Assembly (NCBI GenBank): GCA_964437465.1
Contig: CAYTGI010000005.1
Coordinates: 5,203 to 69,202 of the forward strand
Source of the DNA: an uncultured Candidatus Saccharibacteria bacterium
GTDB taxonomy: Bacteria; Patescibacteriota; Dojkabacteria; J137
Length of the DNA stretch: 64,000 nucleotides
Direction: 5' to 3'
Shown here: piece after piece, positions 9,129-19,284 of the stretch
How the letters are laid out: the number at the start of each line of letters is the position of its first letter
How positions within the stretch are numbered: position 1 is the stretch's first letter
The notes under the pieces: model-generated
Databases searched by the model: none
What the model was told of the DNA's origin: nothing
What the model saw: the letters and a program-made list of their open reading frames with translations, nothing else
Position numbers and translations under genes: made by a program

Positions 9129-10598
9129 ATGACACGAGAAAAAGTTAAAGAACTTCTTACACCAATTACAATTTCAAAGGTACTTAGTAAGGTTAAGCAT
9201 GAAAATGCTGATCGACTTTGGATTGTAAAGGTGGATAACGGCTCAGGTGAAGAAGTTCAGATAGTAACTGCAGCAGATAACTTTAACAAAGGTGATTTAG
9301 TTGTTCATCTTGGCCCTGGAAATGTAGTTCCAGGTTGGCTGTTTAAAGAAGGTGAGGAGATAAAATTGGAAGAGAGAAAAATGAGAGGAGAAATTTCAAG
9401 CGGAATGTTGCTTGCAGAAGATGAGATAGGGATTGGAGAGGATCATGAAGGACTTTTAGTAATTAATAATGAAGAATTACAAAATGACTTAATTGGTAAG
9501 TCGATTTTAGAGGTTTTGAGTGAAGAGCAACTAGATACTGCTTATAAAAATGCTGATGTTATAGAAATTACACCTGAAATGCAGGAGAAAATTGATTTAA
9601 TTAAGAGAGATTTGGCTGAGATTATCGGAGAAGAAGATATTCCTGCAATCATAAATAAAAGACCTCTTAAGATTTATTGGGGAACTGCTCCTACTGGAAA
9701 ACCTAGTGTTGGGTATTTTGTACCAATGATTAAGATTTCAGACTTTTTGAAGGCAGGTTGTGAAGTTAAAATCTTACTTGCTAATATTCATGCATTTCTA
9801 GACAATATGAAATCCTCATGGGAAGTAGTGAACTACCGTTCTGAATATTACAAAATTATAACAACTGAGATTTTAAAAGTTTTAGGTGCACCTCTAGATA
9901 AGCTTGAATTTGTCGAGGGATCAAGTTACCAACTTGATGCAAAATACACAATGGATATGTATAAAATCGCCACTATGACAACAACAAACAGTGTACAAGG
10001 CGCAGGGGCTGAGGTAGTAAAGCAAGTTGAAAATCCTGTTCTGGGGGGTTTACTATATCCTATTCTTCAAGCACTAGATGAGGAATATCTTGGGGTCGAT
10101 GCACAGCTAGGAGGGGTTGATCAAAGAAAAATCTTTATGTTCGCAAGAGAAAGTCTTCCAAGGCTAAATTATAAGAAAAGAATTCATTTTATGAATCCAC
10201 TAATTCCTGGACTTGGTAAATCTGGAAAGATGTCCTCAAGTGAACCAAACTCAAAAATAGACTTCGAAGATACAGATGAAATTATTAAAGATAAGATTAA
10301 TAAATCATATTCTGAAGATGGGGTTATAGAAAATAATGGCTTACTGGCACTACTAAAATATATTATTTTTAGGAAATTTGAGGTTGATAATGAAACACTA
10401 AAAATTGAAAGACCAGAAAAATGGGGAGGAGATGTGGAATATAGTAATTATGAACATTTAGAAAAAGACTTTATTAACAAGAAACTTTCTTCAGTCGATC
10501 TAAAACCAGCGGTCGCAAGTACAATAATTCAGATGACTCAGCCAATAAGAGATAGAATTGGAAAAGAACAAAAGTTAGTTGAAAAAGCATATAATTAA
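9129..10598 (+). CDS. tyrS: Tyrosyl-tRNA synthetase, archaeal/eukaryotic type, with an N-terminal tRNA-binding (Myf/EMAP-like) domain
   Basis: IYWGTAPTGKPSVGYFVPM...KAGCEVKILLANIHAFLDNMK...GAEVVKQVENPVLGGLLYP...KMSSS tracks eukaryotic TyrRS closely. The N-terminal ~160 aa have an OB-fold tRNA-binding signature. Confidence 0.85.
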   Translation: MTREKVKELLTPITISKVLSKVKHENADRLWIVKVDNGSGEEVQIVTAADNFNKGDLVVHLGPGNVVPGWLFKEGEEIKLEERKMRGEISSGMLLAEDEIGIGEDHEGLLVINNEELQNDLIGKSILEVLSEEQLDTAYKNADVIEITPEMQEKIDLIKRDLAEIIGEEDIPAIINKRPLKIYWGTAPTGKPSVGYFVPMIKISDFLKAGCEVKILLANIHAFLDNMKSSWEVVNYRSEYYKIITTEILKVLGAPLDKLEFVEGSSYQLDAKYTMDMYKIATMTTTNSVQGAGAEVVKQVENPVLGGLLYPILQALDEEYLGVDAQLGGVDQRKIFMFARESLPRLNYKKRIHFMNPLIPGLGKSGKMSSSEPNSKIDFEDTDEIIKDKINKSYSEDGVIENNGLLALLKYIIFRKFEVDNETLKIERPEKWGGDVEYSNYEHLEKDFINKKLSSVDLKPAVASTIIQMTQPIRDRIGKEQKLVEKAYN

Positions 10599-10688
10599 AA
10601 AGTAGCTTTTTGAGTAAAAACAAGTAAAAATTTTCACAGAATACTACTACTAGTGTAGTATAAAATATTATAGTTATTAAATTTATAT

Positions 10689-11705
10689 ATGGAACAAAAT
10701 CCAAACATGGAACAACAAAATCAACCTCAAATGGAGGATAATTCTCAAAAAAATAAACAGATGCTCACAGTTGGTGCTGGAATTGCAATTTTAGTAGCAG
10801 TTTTCGCTGCAATAATGGTTGCTACAAGTCCAAATGGGGACAACACTAATGATACTCCTAATCCAACTGATGATAACGAAGTAGTTAGAGATAACGATCT
10901 CGATGAAGATGATACTATGGATCCTAGCGATAGTATGCTAATCGAAGACGAAGAACCAATGGCGGGGGCAACTTTTGAACCTATGGCTATGGCTTCATTA
11001 GTTGACGTGACTCCAGAAGGAGGAAATGCTAGCGGTACTGCTTACTACACTGTAGAAAATGGTCAATATATGCTTTATGCAGAATTTATGAACCTGCCAC
11101 CTCTTGAAGATGGATATTTTTATGAAGGATGGGTTGTAAGACAAGATCCTTTTGAATTTATTAGTACAGGTGAGATTTATGAGCTCGCTGGAGTTCAAGT
11201 AAACGAATTTGAATCAAACACTGATTATTCAGACTTTGGAACATATATTCTAACTCTTGAACCTGATGATGGTGACCCTGCTCCTGCTGATCATATCGTT
11301 GAAGGAGCTTTTGAGATGTTGGATTTAGAAAGGGATAACGCACCAGTTCAAGAATCCCCTCCTGCAGCAATGGAATCTCCACCTGCAAACTCAGGACCTG
11401 GAGCATATGCTGAATACAACGAAAGCTTATTAGCAAATGCTAATTCTGGAGATGTTGTTCTTTTCTTTAAAGCTGATTGGTGTCCTTCTTGTAATGTGCT
11501 GGATGCAGATATTACAGCAAACTTAAGTGATATCCCAAATGATGTAACTATCCTAGATGTTGATTACGATGATAATACTGATCTGAGAGAGAAATATAAT
11601 GTAAGAACACAACATACTATGGTACAGGTTGATGCTGAAGGTAATGAGATAAAAACTTGGATAGGAAGCTTTAGTCTAGATGATATTTTATCTGAAATAG
11701 TTTAA
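10689..11705 (+). CDS. Membrane-anchored, acidic, extracytoplasmic thioredoxin-like protein (CxxC)
   Basis: N-terminal TM helix, acidic linker, and a C-terminal VVLFFKADWCPSCN thioredoxin fold. Confidence 0.6.
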   Translation: MEQNPNMEQQNQPQMEDNSQKNKQMLTVGAGIAILVAVFAAIMVATSPNGDNTNDTPNPTDDNEVVRDNDLDEDDTMDPSDSMLIEDEEPMAGATFEPMAMASLVDVTPEGGNASGTAYYTVENGQYMLYAEFMNLPPLEDGYFYEGWVVRQDPFEFISTGEIYELAGVQVNEFESNTDYSDFGTYILTLEPDDGDPAPADHIVEGAFEMLDLERDNAPVQESPPAAMESPPANSGPGAYAEYNESLLANANSGDVVLFFKADWCPSCNVLDADITANLSDIPNDVTILDVDYDDNTDLREKYNVRTQHTMVQVDAEGNEIKTWIGSFSLDDILSEIV

Positions 11706-12439
11706 TGACTTTTATAGTCGTATCTTTTATCGCAGGTGTGCTAACAGTCTTAGCACCCTGCGTTTTTCCTTTATTACCAGTAATTATTGGTAATTCAGTC
11801 AGTGATCAAAATAAGAAAAGGCCTTTTATTATTATTGGTTCTTTAGTTTTCTTTATTATTCTCTTTACAGTCTTAATCAATTTTGGAGAGGGGGTACTCA
11901 GAATTCCAGATTCCACAATAAGAATTATTTCTGGAGGAATATTGATTCTATTTGGACTTACTACTCTATTTCCTAAACAGTGGACAATTTTGTCTTACAA
12001 ATTAGGATTTTCGACTAAAAGTGATAAGCTACTTCACGAATCTTCACAGAAGAAAGGGATAATGGGAGATATACTAACAGGAGCCGCTTTAGGACCTGTT
12101 TTTACAAGCTGTAGTCCAACTTACTTAGTGATTTTAGGATTAGCATTAGGAGAGTCAGATCAATTAAGAGCACTACTTTATCTAACTTCGTACGTTATTG
12201 GGTTAGGATTCATTCTTGTTCTTATTGCTTTAGGAGGTCAAAGGGTTGTAAAAAGATTAAAATGGGCTACAAATCCAGAAAGCACTTTCAAGAAAGTAAT
12301 TGGGGCAGTATTCATTATTGTAGGAATATTCATTATCTTTAGAATAGAAAAAGAAATTGAAGAGTTATTACTTCAGGTTCCTTTTATCGAAAATCTTTAC
12401 TCAATAGAGGCGGATATAGTCAACCAAACACTAGAATAA
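11705..12439 (+). CDS. ccdA: CcdA/DsbD-family thiol:disulfide transmembrane electron transporter
   Basis: VLAPCVFPLLPVIIG motif with ~6 TM helices, adjacent to the thioredoxin-like partner. Confidence 0.75.
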   Translation: MTFIVVSFIAGVLTVLAPCVFPLLPVIIGNSVSDQNKKRPFIIIGSLVFFIILFTVLINFGEGVLRIPDSTIRIISGGILILFGLTTLFPKQWTILSYKLGFSTKSDKLLHESSQKKGIMGDILTGAALGPVFTSCSPTYLVILGLALGESDQLRALLYLTSYVIGLGFILVLIALGGQRVVKRLKWATNPESTFKKVIGAVFIIVGIFIIFRIEKEIEELLLQVPFIENLYSIEADIVNQTLE

Positions 12440-12475
12440 ACTTGCCTTATCTTCTATTAATTGTAAACTAGGGGT

Positions 12476-13084
12476 ATGAGATTTATTAAAGGAGTTCCAA
12501 AAGTTAACCAAATAATTCTATATCTAACAGCTTCAGATATATTTACCTGGGGAGTATTTGCTGCAATAAATGGATTTGTCGGTTTGTACCTTGCAGAAAA
12601 ATTAGAGATTGATGTTGTCCAAATACTTGGAGTTGGTATAGGAATTTATAGTTTGGCCCAGGGAATAGTCCAGATTCCAGTAGGAACACTAATTGATAAG
12701 AATAAATCAGATAAGGATGACATTATTATTCTGTTCATAGGAGATATATTAATGGGAATGCCATTTTTATTTTTCCCCTTTATAGAAAGTGAGTACATTT
12801 ATTATATCTTACAATTTGTTATCGGTATTGGAGCAGGAATGAATGTAGTAAGCTGGCGAAAACTTTTTGCAAAAAATTTAGATAAGGATAAAGAAGGGCT
12901 AGAATATGGGACATATGAAACAATTATGTCCTTCAGTATAGCTTTTTTGAGCTTTCTAGCAGGAGTAATTGCAAATATTAATGAGAGTTTCTTTGACTTG
13001 GTAATGATATCAATTGGAATCTTAATTATGTCTGGGGGATTCTGGTCAATAAAAATATATAGAGCGAAAAGTAGAAAAACATAA
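12476..13084 (+). CDS. Membrane protein (MFS-like half-transporter?)
   Basis: About 6 hydrophobic helices. Confidence 0.35.
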   Translation: MRFIKGVPKVNQIILYLTASDIFTWGVFAAINGFVGLYLAEKLEIDVVQILGVGIGIYSLAQGIVQIPVGTLIDKNKSDKDDIIILFIGDILMGMPFLFFPFIESEYIYYILQFVIGIGAGMNVVSWRKLFAKNLDKDKEGLEYGTYETIMSFSIAFLSFLAGVIANINESFFDLVMISIGILIMSGGFWSIKIYRAKSRKT

Positions 13085-13455
13085 TGTGGAATCTGATAAA
13101 AAATCTTCTTAAATCTCCTTATATCCTTGTCTACGCACTTACATCTCTACTTTTTTTACTAGGATCAGGATTTAGAATAGTTAGACAGCCATTGAGAATT
13201 ACTTTCAAGGAAGCTTTAGAAATGATTTTTGAAGAGTATCCAGAAGTTGAGGATCAGGGAGAGACTCAGAGATATTTCTCTGAACAAGTTAGTGGAACGT
13301 GGTATATTTCAATTGCATATTTAGATAATGAACAAAGAATAGAAGGTGGAGATTGTTTTAGAGTTACAAAAGATGATGTAGTTTATGTAGATAGTATTAA
13401 AATAAGCAGTTCTAGACCAACTAGAATAAATCCTATTACTTGTGAAGCTAAATAA
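13084..13455 (+). CDS. Hypothetical protein
   Basis: 123-aa ORF. Confidence 0.3.
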   Translation: MWNLIKNLLKSPYILVYALTSLLFLLGSGFRIVRQPLRITFKEALEMIFEEYPEVEDQGETQRYFSEQVSGTWYISIAYLDNEQRIEGGDCFRVTKDDVVYVDSIKISSSRPTRINPITCEAK

Positions 13456-13457
13456 CT

Positions 13458-14465
13458 ATGAGCGGAAAAATTAATGATAGAAAATTAGATCATATTAGAA
13501 TAGTTTTAGAGGAGGAGGTTGAACCCATACCATCCTCTTTTGATTCATATAGACTTCCATTCAAAGCATTTCCTGAAATTGATATGGAAGAAATTGATAC
13601 TTCAACAAAGTTTTACGATTGGGATTTAAGTTTCCCTTTTATTGTTTCTTCAATGACTGGTGGTCCTGAAAAGGGGCTAACTATTAATTCAAACCTTGCT
13701 AAAGCATGTGAAGAAGTTGGGGTTGGTCTTGGACTAGGTTCAATGAGGGTAATTTTAAGAAAACCTGAATCAATTCCTAGTTTTGATGTAAAGAAATTCT
13801 GTCCAAGTGTACCTCTTTTTGCAAATATGGGAATTGTTCAGCTAAATTATGGGTATGGTGCGGATGAGATAAATAAAATAATTGATTCAATAAATGCTGA
13901 TGGAATTTTCCTACACGTAAACCATCTTCAAGAAGCAGTTCAACCTGAGGGAGACCTGAATTTTAAAGATCTAATACCAAAGCTTGGAGAAATATTACCT
14001 AAAATAGAAAAAAAAGTTGTTGTAAAAGAAGTGGGGCATGGATTTGACTATGAATCTGCAAAAGCTTTAGCTGATATTGGGATAGAATGGATTGATGTTT
14101 CAGGTTTAGGAGGAACCTCTTGGGCTTGGGTTGAAGCATATCGAAGAGATGATGATATAGGACACTTGCTTAAGGCAGAAGGAATCCCAACAGATGAATC
14201 TTTAGAACAGTGTAAAAAAATAGAAGGTTTAAATCTAATTGCTGGTGGAGGAGTAAGAAACGGAATTCATATTGCTAAATCAGTTTCACTCGGAGCTAAA
14301 ATTGCAACTGCTGCTAAACCTTTACTAGCCGCATCATTAGAATCAGTTGAAGCGTGCATTACAGTTTTAGAGATGATGAAGCATGAATTTAAACTAGCAA
14401 TGTTTAGTGCTGGTGTAAGTAATGTTGAAGAGCTTTCTAAATTAGAGTTGAAGAAAGAAAAATAA
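13458..14465 (+). CDS. fni: Isopentenyl-diphosphate delta-isomerase type 2 (FMN-dependent)
   Basis: SSMTGGPEKG ... GGGVRNGIHIAKSVSLGA. Confidence 0.85.
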   Translation: MSGKINDRKLDHIRIVLEEEVEPIPSSFDSYRLPFKAFPEIDMEEIDTSTKFYDWDLSFPFIVSSMTGGPEKGLTINSNLAKACEEVGVGLGLGSMRVILRKPESIPSFDVKKFCPSVPLFANMGIVQLNYGYGADEINKIIDSINADGIFLHVNHLQEAVQPEGDLNFKDLIPKLGEILPKIEKKVVVKEVGHGFDYESAKALADIGIEWIDVSGLGGTSWAWVEAYRRDDDIGHLLKAEGIPTDESLEQCKKIEGLNLIAGGGVRNGIHIAKSVSLGAKIATAAKPLLAASLESVEACITVLEMMKHEFKLAMFSAGVSNVEELSKLELKKEK

Positions 14466-14548
14466 TAACCCTACTCAGCCTCCCTCTTGATCAAGGGTGA
14501 GGAGATCCCGATACATCGGGATTGGATGGGGTGTAGTATAATTATTCC

Positions 14549-15616
14549 ATGGAAATAATAAAGGAAAGTGATGAGAATGTAGTTAAAAAAGTTGTAAAAG
14601 TTCTTAAAAGTGGAGGGCTAGTTGTTTATCCAACTGAAACTGCTTACGGAGTTGGAGTTGATGCTACTAATAAAGATGCTGTTGGTAAACTTCTTGAATA
14701 TAAGAAAAGACCTCAAGGAAAAGCTATTTCCGTTGGAATGAATGATGAAAAAATGGCATCAGAATATGTAGAGATAAATAAGACCGCTAAAAATATCTAT
14801 AAAGAATTTCTTCCAGGACCTGTTACTGTTATCTCAAAATCAAAAGGAAAAGTTGATGCAAGATTAGAATCTGAGAAGGGTACGCTAGGTATAAGAATAC
14901 CTGATAGAAAATCAATACTGGAGATAATAGAAAAATTTAATAAACCAATAACTACTACCTCAGCTAACTCAGCTTCAAAAAAGACACCCTACTCTGTTCA
15001 AGATGTTTTAGATACCTTGAGCCAGAAACAAAAGAAGATGATAGATTTAATTATTGATGGTGGTGAACTTCCCAAAAGATTAACCTCTACTGTCATTGAT
15101 ACAACTACAGATGAATTAAAAACATATAGGCAAGGTCAGGCTAAACTTGGGAATAAAAAAGCGATTGATACCTGTAAATCCAATTCAGAACAAGAAACTA
15201 TTCTTCTTGGAGAAAAATTTATGGGAGAAAATAGGAAATATTTAAAGGAGGGTGCTGTAATTTTCTTATTAAGAGGTGATCTGGGGGCCGGGAAAACCCA
15301 TTTTACTAAGGGAATTGCTAAAGCATTAGGAATTGAGAGGAATATAAAGTCCCCTACGTATACTTATGTTGAAGAATATAATATCCCCTCTTCTAGCAAA
15401 AAGGGAATGTTTTATCATATTGACGCGTGGAAAGTTGAAACTAAAGAAGATTTACAGGCTTTTGGGTTCGAAAACTGGTTGAAGGAGGGAAATGTACTAG
15501 CAATTGAATGGCCTGAGATTTTAGAGAATTTAGGTCAAGAATTTCCAAATGCAAAGATAATAGACTTAGATTTTGAAGTAAATGGTGAGAACAATAGGCT
15601 AATTTCAGAGTATTAG
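14549..15616 (+). CDS. Fused TsaC(YrdC)-TsaE(YjeE) t6A biosynthesis protein
   Basis: N-terminal YrdC (VVYPTETAYGVGVDATN, KRPQGKAISV) and C-terminal TsaE (GDLGAGKTHFTKGIAKALGI...SPTYTYVEEY). Confidence 0.8.
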   Translation: MEIIKESDENVVKKVVKVLKSGGLVVYPTETAYGVGVDATNKDAVGKLLEYKKRPQGKAISVGMNDEKMASEYVEINKTAKNIYKEFLPGPVTVISKSKGKVDARLESEKGTLGIRIPDRKSILEIIEKFNKPITTTSANSASKKTPYSVQDVLDTLSQKQKKMIDLIIDGGELPKRLTSTVIDTTTDELKTYRQGQAKLGNKKAIDTCKSNSEQETILLGEKFMGENRKYLKEGAVIFLLRGDLGAGKTHFTKGIAKALGIERNIKSPTYTYVEEYNIPSSSKKGMFYHIDAWKVETKEDLQAFGFENWLKEGNVLAIEWPEILENLGQEFPNAKIIDLDFEVNGENNRLISEY

Positions 15617-16863
15617 TTTCCAATATATCTTTGTCGTGCTTGTTCAAACTCAGAATTATCTTGACCTTCTACAGAGCTGAATGTGTCAACCTTTTGAACA
15701 TTATTATCCCTTACATCAATTTCATAAACCTTTATCCATTTTTCTGATTCAATCTCTGACTCTGTATAGAAATACTGATAGGTAATTGTACTTTGTCCGA
15801 ATTTAAGTCCTGATTGAGGTGAGATACAAAATGTTTGATCTTTATTTAAGCAATACGAGTTAAAGTTCGCAACAATTTCTTCACTATCAACATGAAAGAT
15901 ATTACAGTCAGCCTCAGTTTCAAACTCAGATTCAGGAATACAATCACCTCGTATTCTAAATCTTCCATCATTACTTATTAAATCAGTATCCATCCTAGCT
16001 TGTTCAATCTCCTCTTCTGAGAGAAGCTTTCCGCTTTCAATTATTTTTTTGGCTAAACTAAAATCAAATCCTGTATTTATCTCAACTTGCATCTCATCAT
16101 CACTTATAACTAGATCAGCCTCAGAATTACATTCGTCTGATTCCTCATAATTTACTGAAACAATAGCATATAAATTCTCTTCAGATAACTTGTAGAAATA
16201 AATGTATGATTTGTTTTCTTCAAAAAATTCAGAAGGAAATTCAGAATCATTCGGGCATTCAGAAGTGATGATACTTTCTTTCTTAACTGGATTAGATAGA
16301 GTTTCCCCATCAAAAGCAATATCAGGAAGCTCTTCGGAAATCTCAGCATCATTCATATTCGAAGTTAATAAACTCAGATTTTCTATATAAGCAAAGGCTA
16401 AGTAACTAAAACCATCATTACCAAGGTCATATTCAAGGATTGTGTCTGAACTGATACTACTTAAAAATGGTGATTGTGTATTATTTAAAGAAGATTGAAG
16501 TACCTGCTTTCCTTCAGGATATTGGAATTCTAGCTTTAGTTCAGCATTGGTGAAAGTGTTTACTAGGTCTATGTCAGATTCTTCAAAAGGAGGAATTTCA
16601 ATAAATTCTTCTACTTCTTCACATAGCTCTTCAGTACATACCACTCCCTCCTCTGTACATTCACATTCATTACATAGATCTTCTGATTGGAACTTATCTC
16701 CAACTGAGTAGTTAAAATCATTATACTCACATACTTGTTGATCTTTTTGTATATCGGTACTTGATCTAAAGAAAACTAAGCCAATTCCAACAAAAGCTAT
16801 TATGAGAGTAATTCCTCCTAAGATGATTACTTCTTTGTTTGGTTTTTCTTTAAAATTTTTCAT
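15613..16863 (-). CDS. Membrane-anchored acidic protein with a VWC-like 6-Cys module
   Basis: TM anchor then CEYNDFNYSVGDKFQSEDLCNECECTEEGVVCTEELC; paralogous to the ORFs at 19285-21254. Confidence 0.5.
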   Translation of the reverse strand: MKNFKEKPNKEVIILGGITLIIAFVGIGLVFFRSSTDIQKDQQVCEYNDFNYSVGDKFQSEDLCNECECTEEGVVCTEELCEEVEEFIEIPPFEESDIDLVNTFTNAELKLEFQYPEGKQVLQSSLNNTQSPFLSSISSDTILEYDLGNDGFSYLAFAYIENLSLLTSNMNDAEISEELPDIAFDGETLSNPVKKESIITSECPNDSEFPSEFFEENKSYIYFYKLSEENLYAIVSVNYEESDECNSEADLVISDDEMQVEINTGFDFSLAKKIIESGKLLSEEEIEQARMDTDLISNDGRFRIRGDCIPESEFETEADCNIFHVDSEEIVANFNSYCLNKDQTFCISPQSGLKFGQSTITYQYFYTESEIESEKWIKVYEIDVRDNNVQKVDTFSSVEGQDNSEFEQARQRYIGN

Positions 16864-16941
16864 AAATCCATCTAGAAGATAATACTAGATTTTAGAAAAA
16901 TTTAGAAGAAAGGGAGAACTAAATCTCCCTTTGCTCTGGTA

Positions 16942-19194
16942 TTAATCAAATTTAATACTTTGTATTATTTGATCACATTCTGAGTAGTTATTATTGTTAG
17001 AAGAACAAGAAGCTACTAGTAACTTGTTTGAATCGTTTAAGTATCTAAAACTAGATTCAGCACAATCATTTTCCCTTGGAGCAACAATAGCTGGACAGTT
17101 GTTATCTAAGTAAACTTTATCTGTGTAGAAAACTGAATTTGTATCATTAAAGCTTACTCGATATAATTCTCCTACATTATCAATTTCTCCTATTAAAACA
17201 TAATCAGCAACTATATTTGGGTATGCCTCATAAGGAATTCCAATATCTAAAGTACTGTTCTCAGTACTAATTGTAATTCCATCAAGGTAAGTAGAATTTT
17301 CTACCACATTAAATCCGCTTGGAACAGAGAGATTATAATATTTTAACATAGCCCCAAGTGAATCTACAAAATCTTCAGTAGAAATAGTATAGGTTGTGCC
17401 ATAAGAAATTGGCTCGCCACTTAAATATCTCAAACTATTTAAAATCTCAATGACTGCTTCAAGATTTAATTCATCTACTCCTCTAACACTTACAGTACCA
17501 ACATTAACCTCAATTCCTCCAAAAATTCTTCCATTACCTTCACATAAACTAATATCTGAGTATATCTGTTGATTAACGTTGATTGGTTTTTGAGTACCAT
17601 TACATCGTCCGTCATTAGCTCTATTTGTAACAAAAAATGACAGACCATCCCCAGCAAAAGTTAGATTACTTCCTCCTTCATCTCCTGTCCCTTGAGTCTC
17701 ACAAGACCAGTTTTCAGGGATTGAGAATCCAATACCAAGAACAGAATCGTTACAAACTTTGGTAGCCTTTTCAACTTCTCCAATAGCTTCTATACTATTG
17801 AAAAATTCGATAGCCTCTTGATTATCATTTAAGAATGTATCGATCTCAATAACTTTATTTCCATATTGAAATAAATATTTATTAGGGAAGAAATCGGCTA
17901 TTCCAACAATACCTAACTTTGTAACATTTGTACCAAAAAGAGTAATCTCTTCTTGGGCGGTTATTCCATAGTTAGCTATACCTGTTGGTTGCTCAGCATA
18001 AATCCTCTCAAGCTCACTTATTCTATTTTGAACAGCTCCGTTACTATATGTAACTAGTACAAGAGACTCATCTACACAACCAAGTCCACATGGAAACCCA
18101 ACAAATCTTTCAGGAGTATAGAAAATTGTCAATGAATTACCATTCTCAAACTCGTTTTCTTGTATAACAAAGAATTTATTTTCAGTTGTAAATTGATCCT
18201 CCCCAGTTATAAATTCAATACCTTCATAGCTATCTTGTTTTGGTAAATTAAAGCTAATACCGTATTCTTCATAGGTGAATTTTTCAAAGGAAGTATTTAT
18301 TTCATTATCTTCATCCTGTTCTTGAACAATAGGGGTTGGCTCAGGTTCTGGGGCAGGCTGATTGTTATTAACAGCAACAGCACCAATGCCAATTCCAGCA
18401 CTTGCAAGTAAAATAGAACTACCAGCTATAATTTTAGCTGTTGTTGTGGCTAGTAAACCTCCACTAGCAGAGGCTGTAGCAACAGAACTTCCAGAAGAAG
18501 CTCCAATAGCGGCACCTGCAGCAGCACCAGTTAAATTTGTCATATTTGTTAAAGTAACACCTAAAGTAGATCCAACAGCTGAAGCAATAGCAGCCGAGCT
18601 CGAAGCGGTCATTGCATAAGCAGGTTGGACAGAAACACCTAATATTCCAGCTAGAATAATAGGTATAGAAACAGTTTTTAAAGCTAGAGATTTTTCTTCT
18701 CTAGAGACTGACAATTTAAGATCTTCAATCCCTCTATAAAATCTTTTCTTAACAGAATCAACACCCATTTCAACAATTGAAGCTATTTCATTAAAGCTCA
18801 TTTCATCCCAGATTCTCATAATAATAATATCTGAGGTCACTTCATCCATATCTTTTAATTTTTCTTCAATGTATTCAATTGTTAACCCATTCACCACTTC
18901 ATCTTCGAATGAGCTCATGCTCTTCTCAACCTCTTCCTCGAAATTTTCTGTATGAGTAGTATCTTTCGTGCTTTTTTTAGTTTGTTGGTTATAAATCATA
19001 TTTCGACTTACTTTAAAGAGCCAAGCTCTTTTGTTTTCAATAAAATCAAATTCCTCATTTTCAAATAAAGCAATAAACGCTTCAGATGCAATATCTTGAG
19101 CTTCTTCATTATTTCCAAGCCGAAACTTACAAAATCTGAAAATTTCAGGTGAATGCTCTTTATATACTTTTTCGAAAACTTGTTCTTTGTTCAT
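16942..19194 (-). CDS. ECF sigma factor fused through TM / low-complexity segment(s) to a large C-terminal domain
   Basis: Sigma70 region 2 (FRFCKFRLGNNEEAQDIASEAF) and region 4 (IIIMRIWDEMSFNEIASIVEMGVDSVKKRF), then a hydrophobic, Ala/Gly/Ser-rich segment and a ~480-aa domain. Confidence 0.7.
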   Translation of the reverse strand: MNKEQVFEKVYKEHSPEIFRFCKFRLGNNEEAQDIASEAFIALFENEEFDFIENKRAWLFKVSRNMIYNQQTKKSTKDTTHTENFEEEVEKSMSSFEDEVVNGLTIEYIEEKLKDMDEVTSDIIIMRIWDEMSFNEIASIVEMGVDSVKKRFYRGIEDLKLSVSREEKSLALKTVSIPIILAGILGVSVQPAYAMTASSSAAIASAVGSTLGVTLTNMTNLTGAAAGAAIGASSGSSVATASASGGLLATTTAKIIAGSSILLASAGIGIGAVAVNNNQPAPEPEPTPIVQEQDEDNEINTSFEKFTYEEYGISFNLPKQDSYEGIEFITGEDQFTTENKFFVIQENEFENGNSLTIFYTPERFVGFPCGLGCVDESLVLVTYSNGAVQNRISELERIYAEQPTGIANYGITAQEEITLFGTNVTKLGIVGIADFFPNKYLFQYGNKVIEIDTFLNDNQEAIEFFNSIEAIGEVEKATKVCNDSVLGIGFSIPENWSCETQGTGDEGGSNLTFAGDGLSFFVTNRANDGRCNGTQKPINVNQQIYSDISLCEGNGRIFGGIEVNVGTVSVRGVDELNLEAVIEILNSLRYLSGEPISYGTTYTISTEDFVDSLGAMLKYYNLSVPSGFNVVENSTYLDGITISTENSTLDIGIPYEAYPNIVADYVLIGEIDNVGELYRVSFNDTNSVFYTDKVYLDNNCPAIVAPRENDCAESSFRYLNDSNKLLVASCSSNNNNYSECDQIIQSIKFD

Positions 19195-19284
19195 TTATCT
19201 ATAAGTCAAAATAAAATAAAAAAAGTGACAAAAATATAAAAAAGGCCATCAATAAAGATAGCCTTAAATATTTGTAAAATTTTA

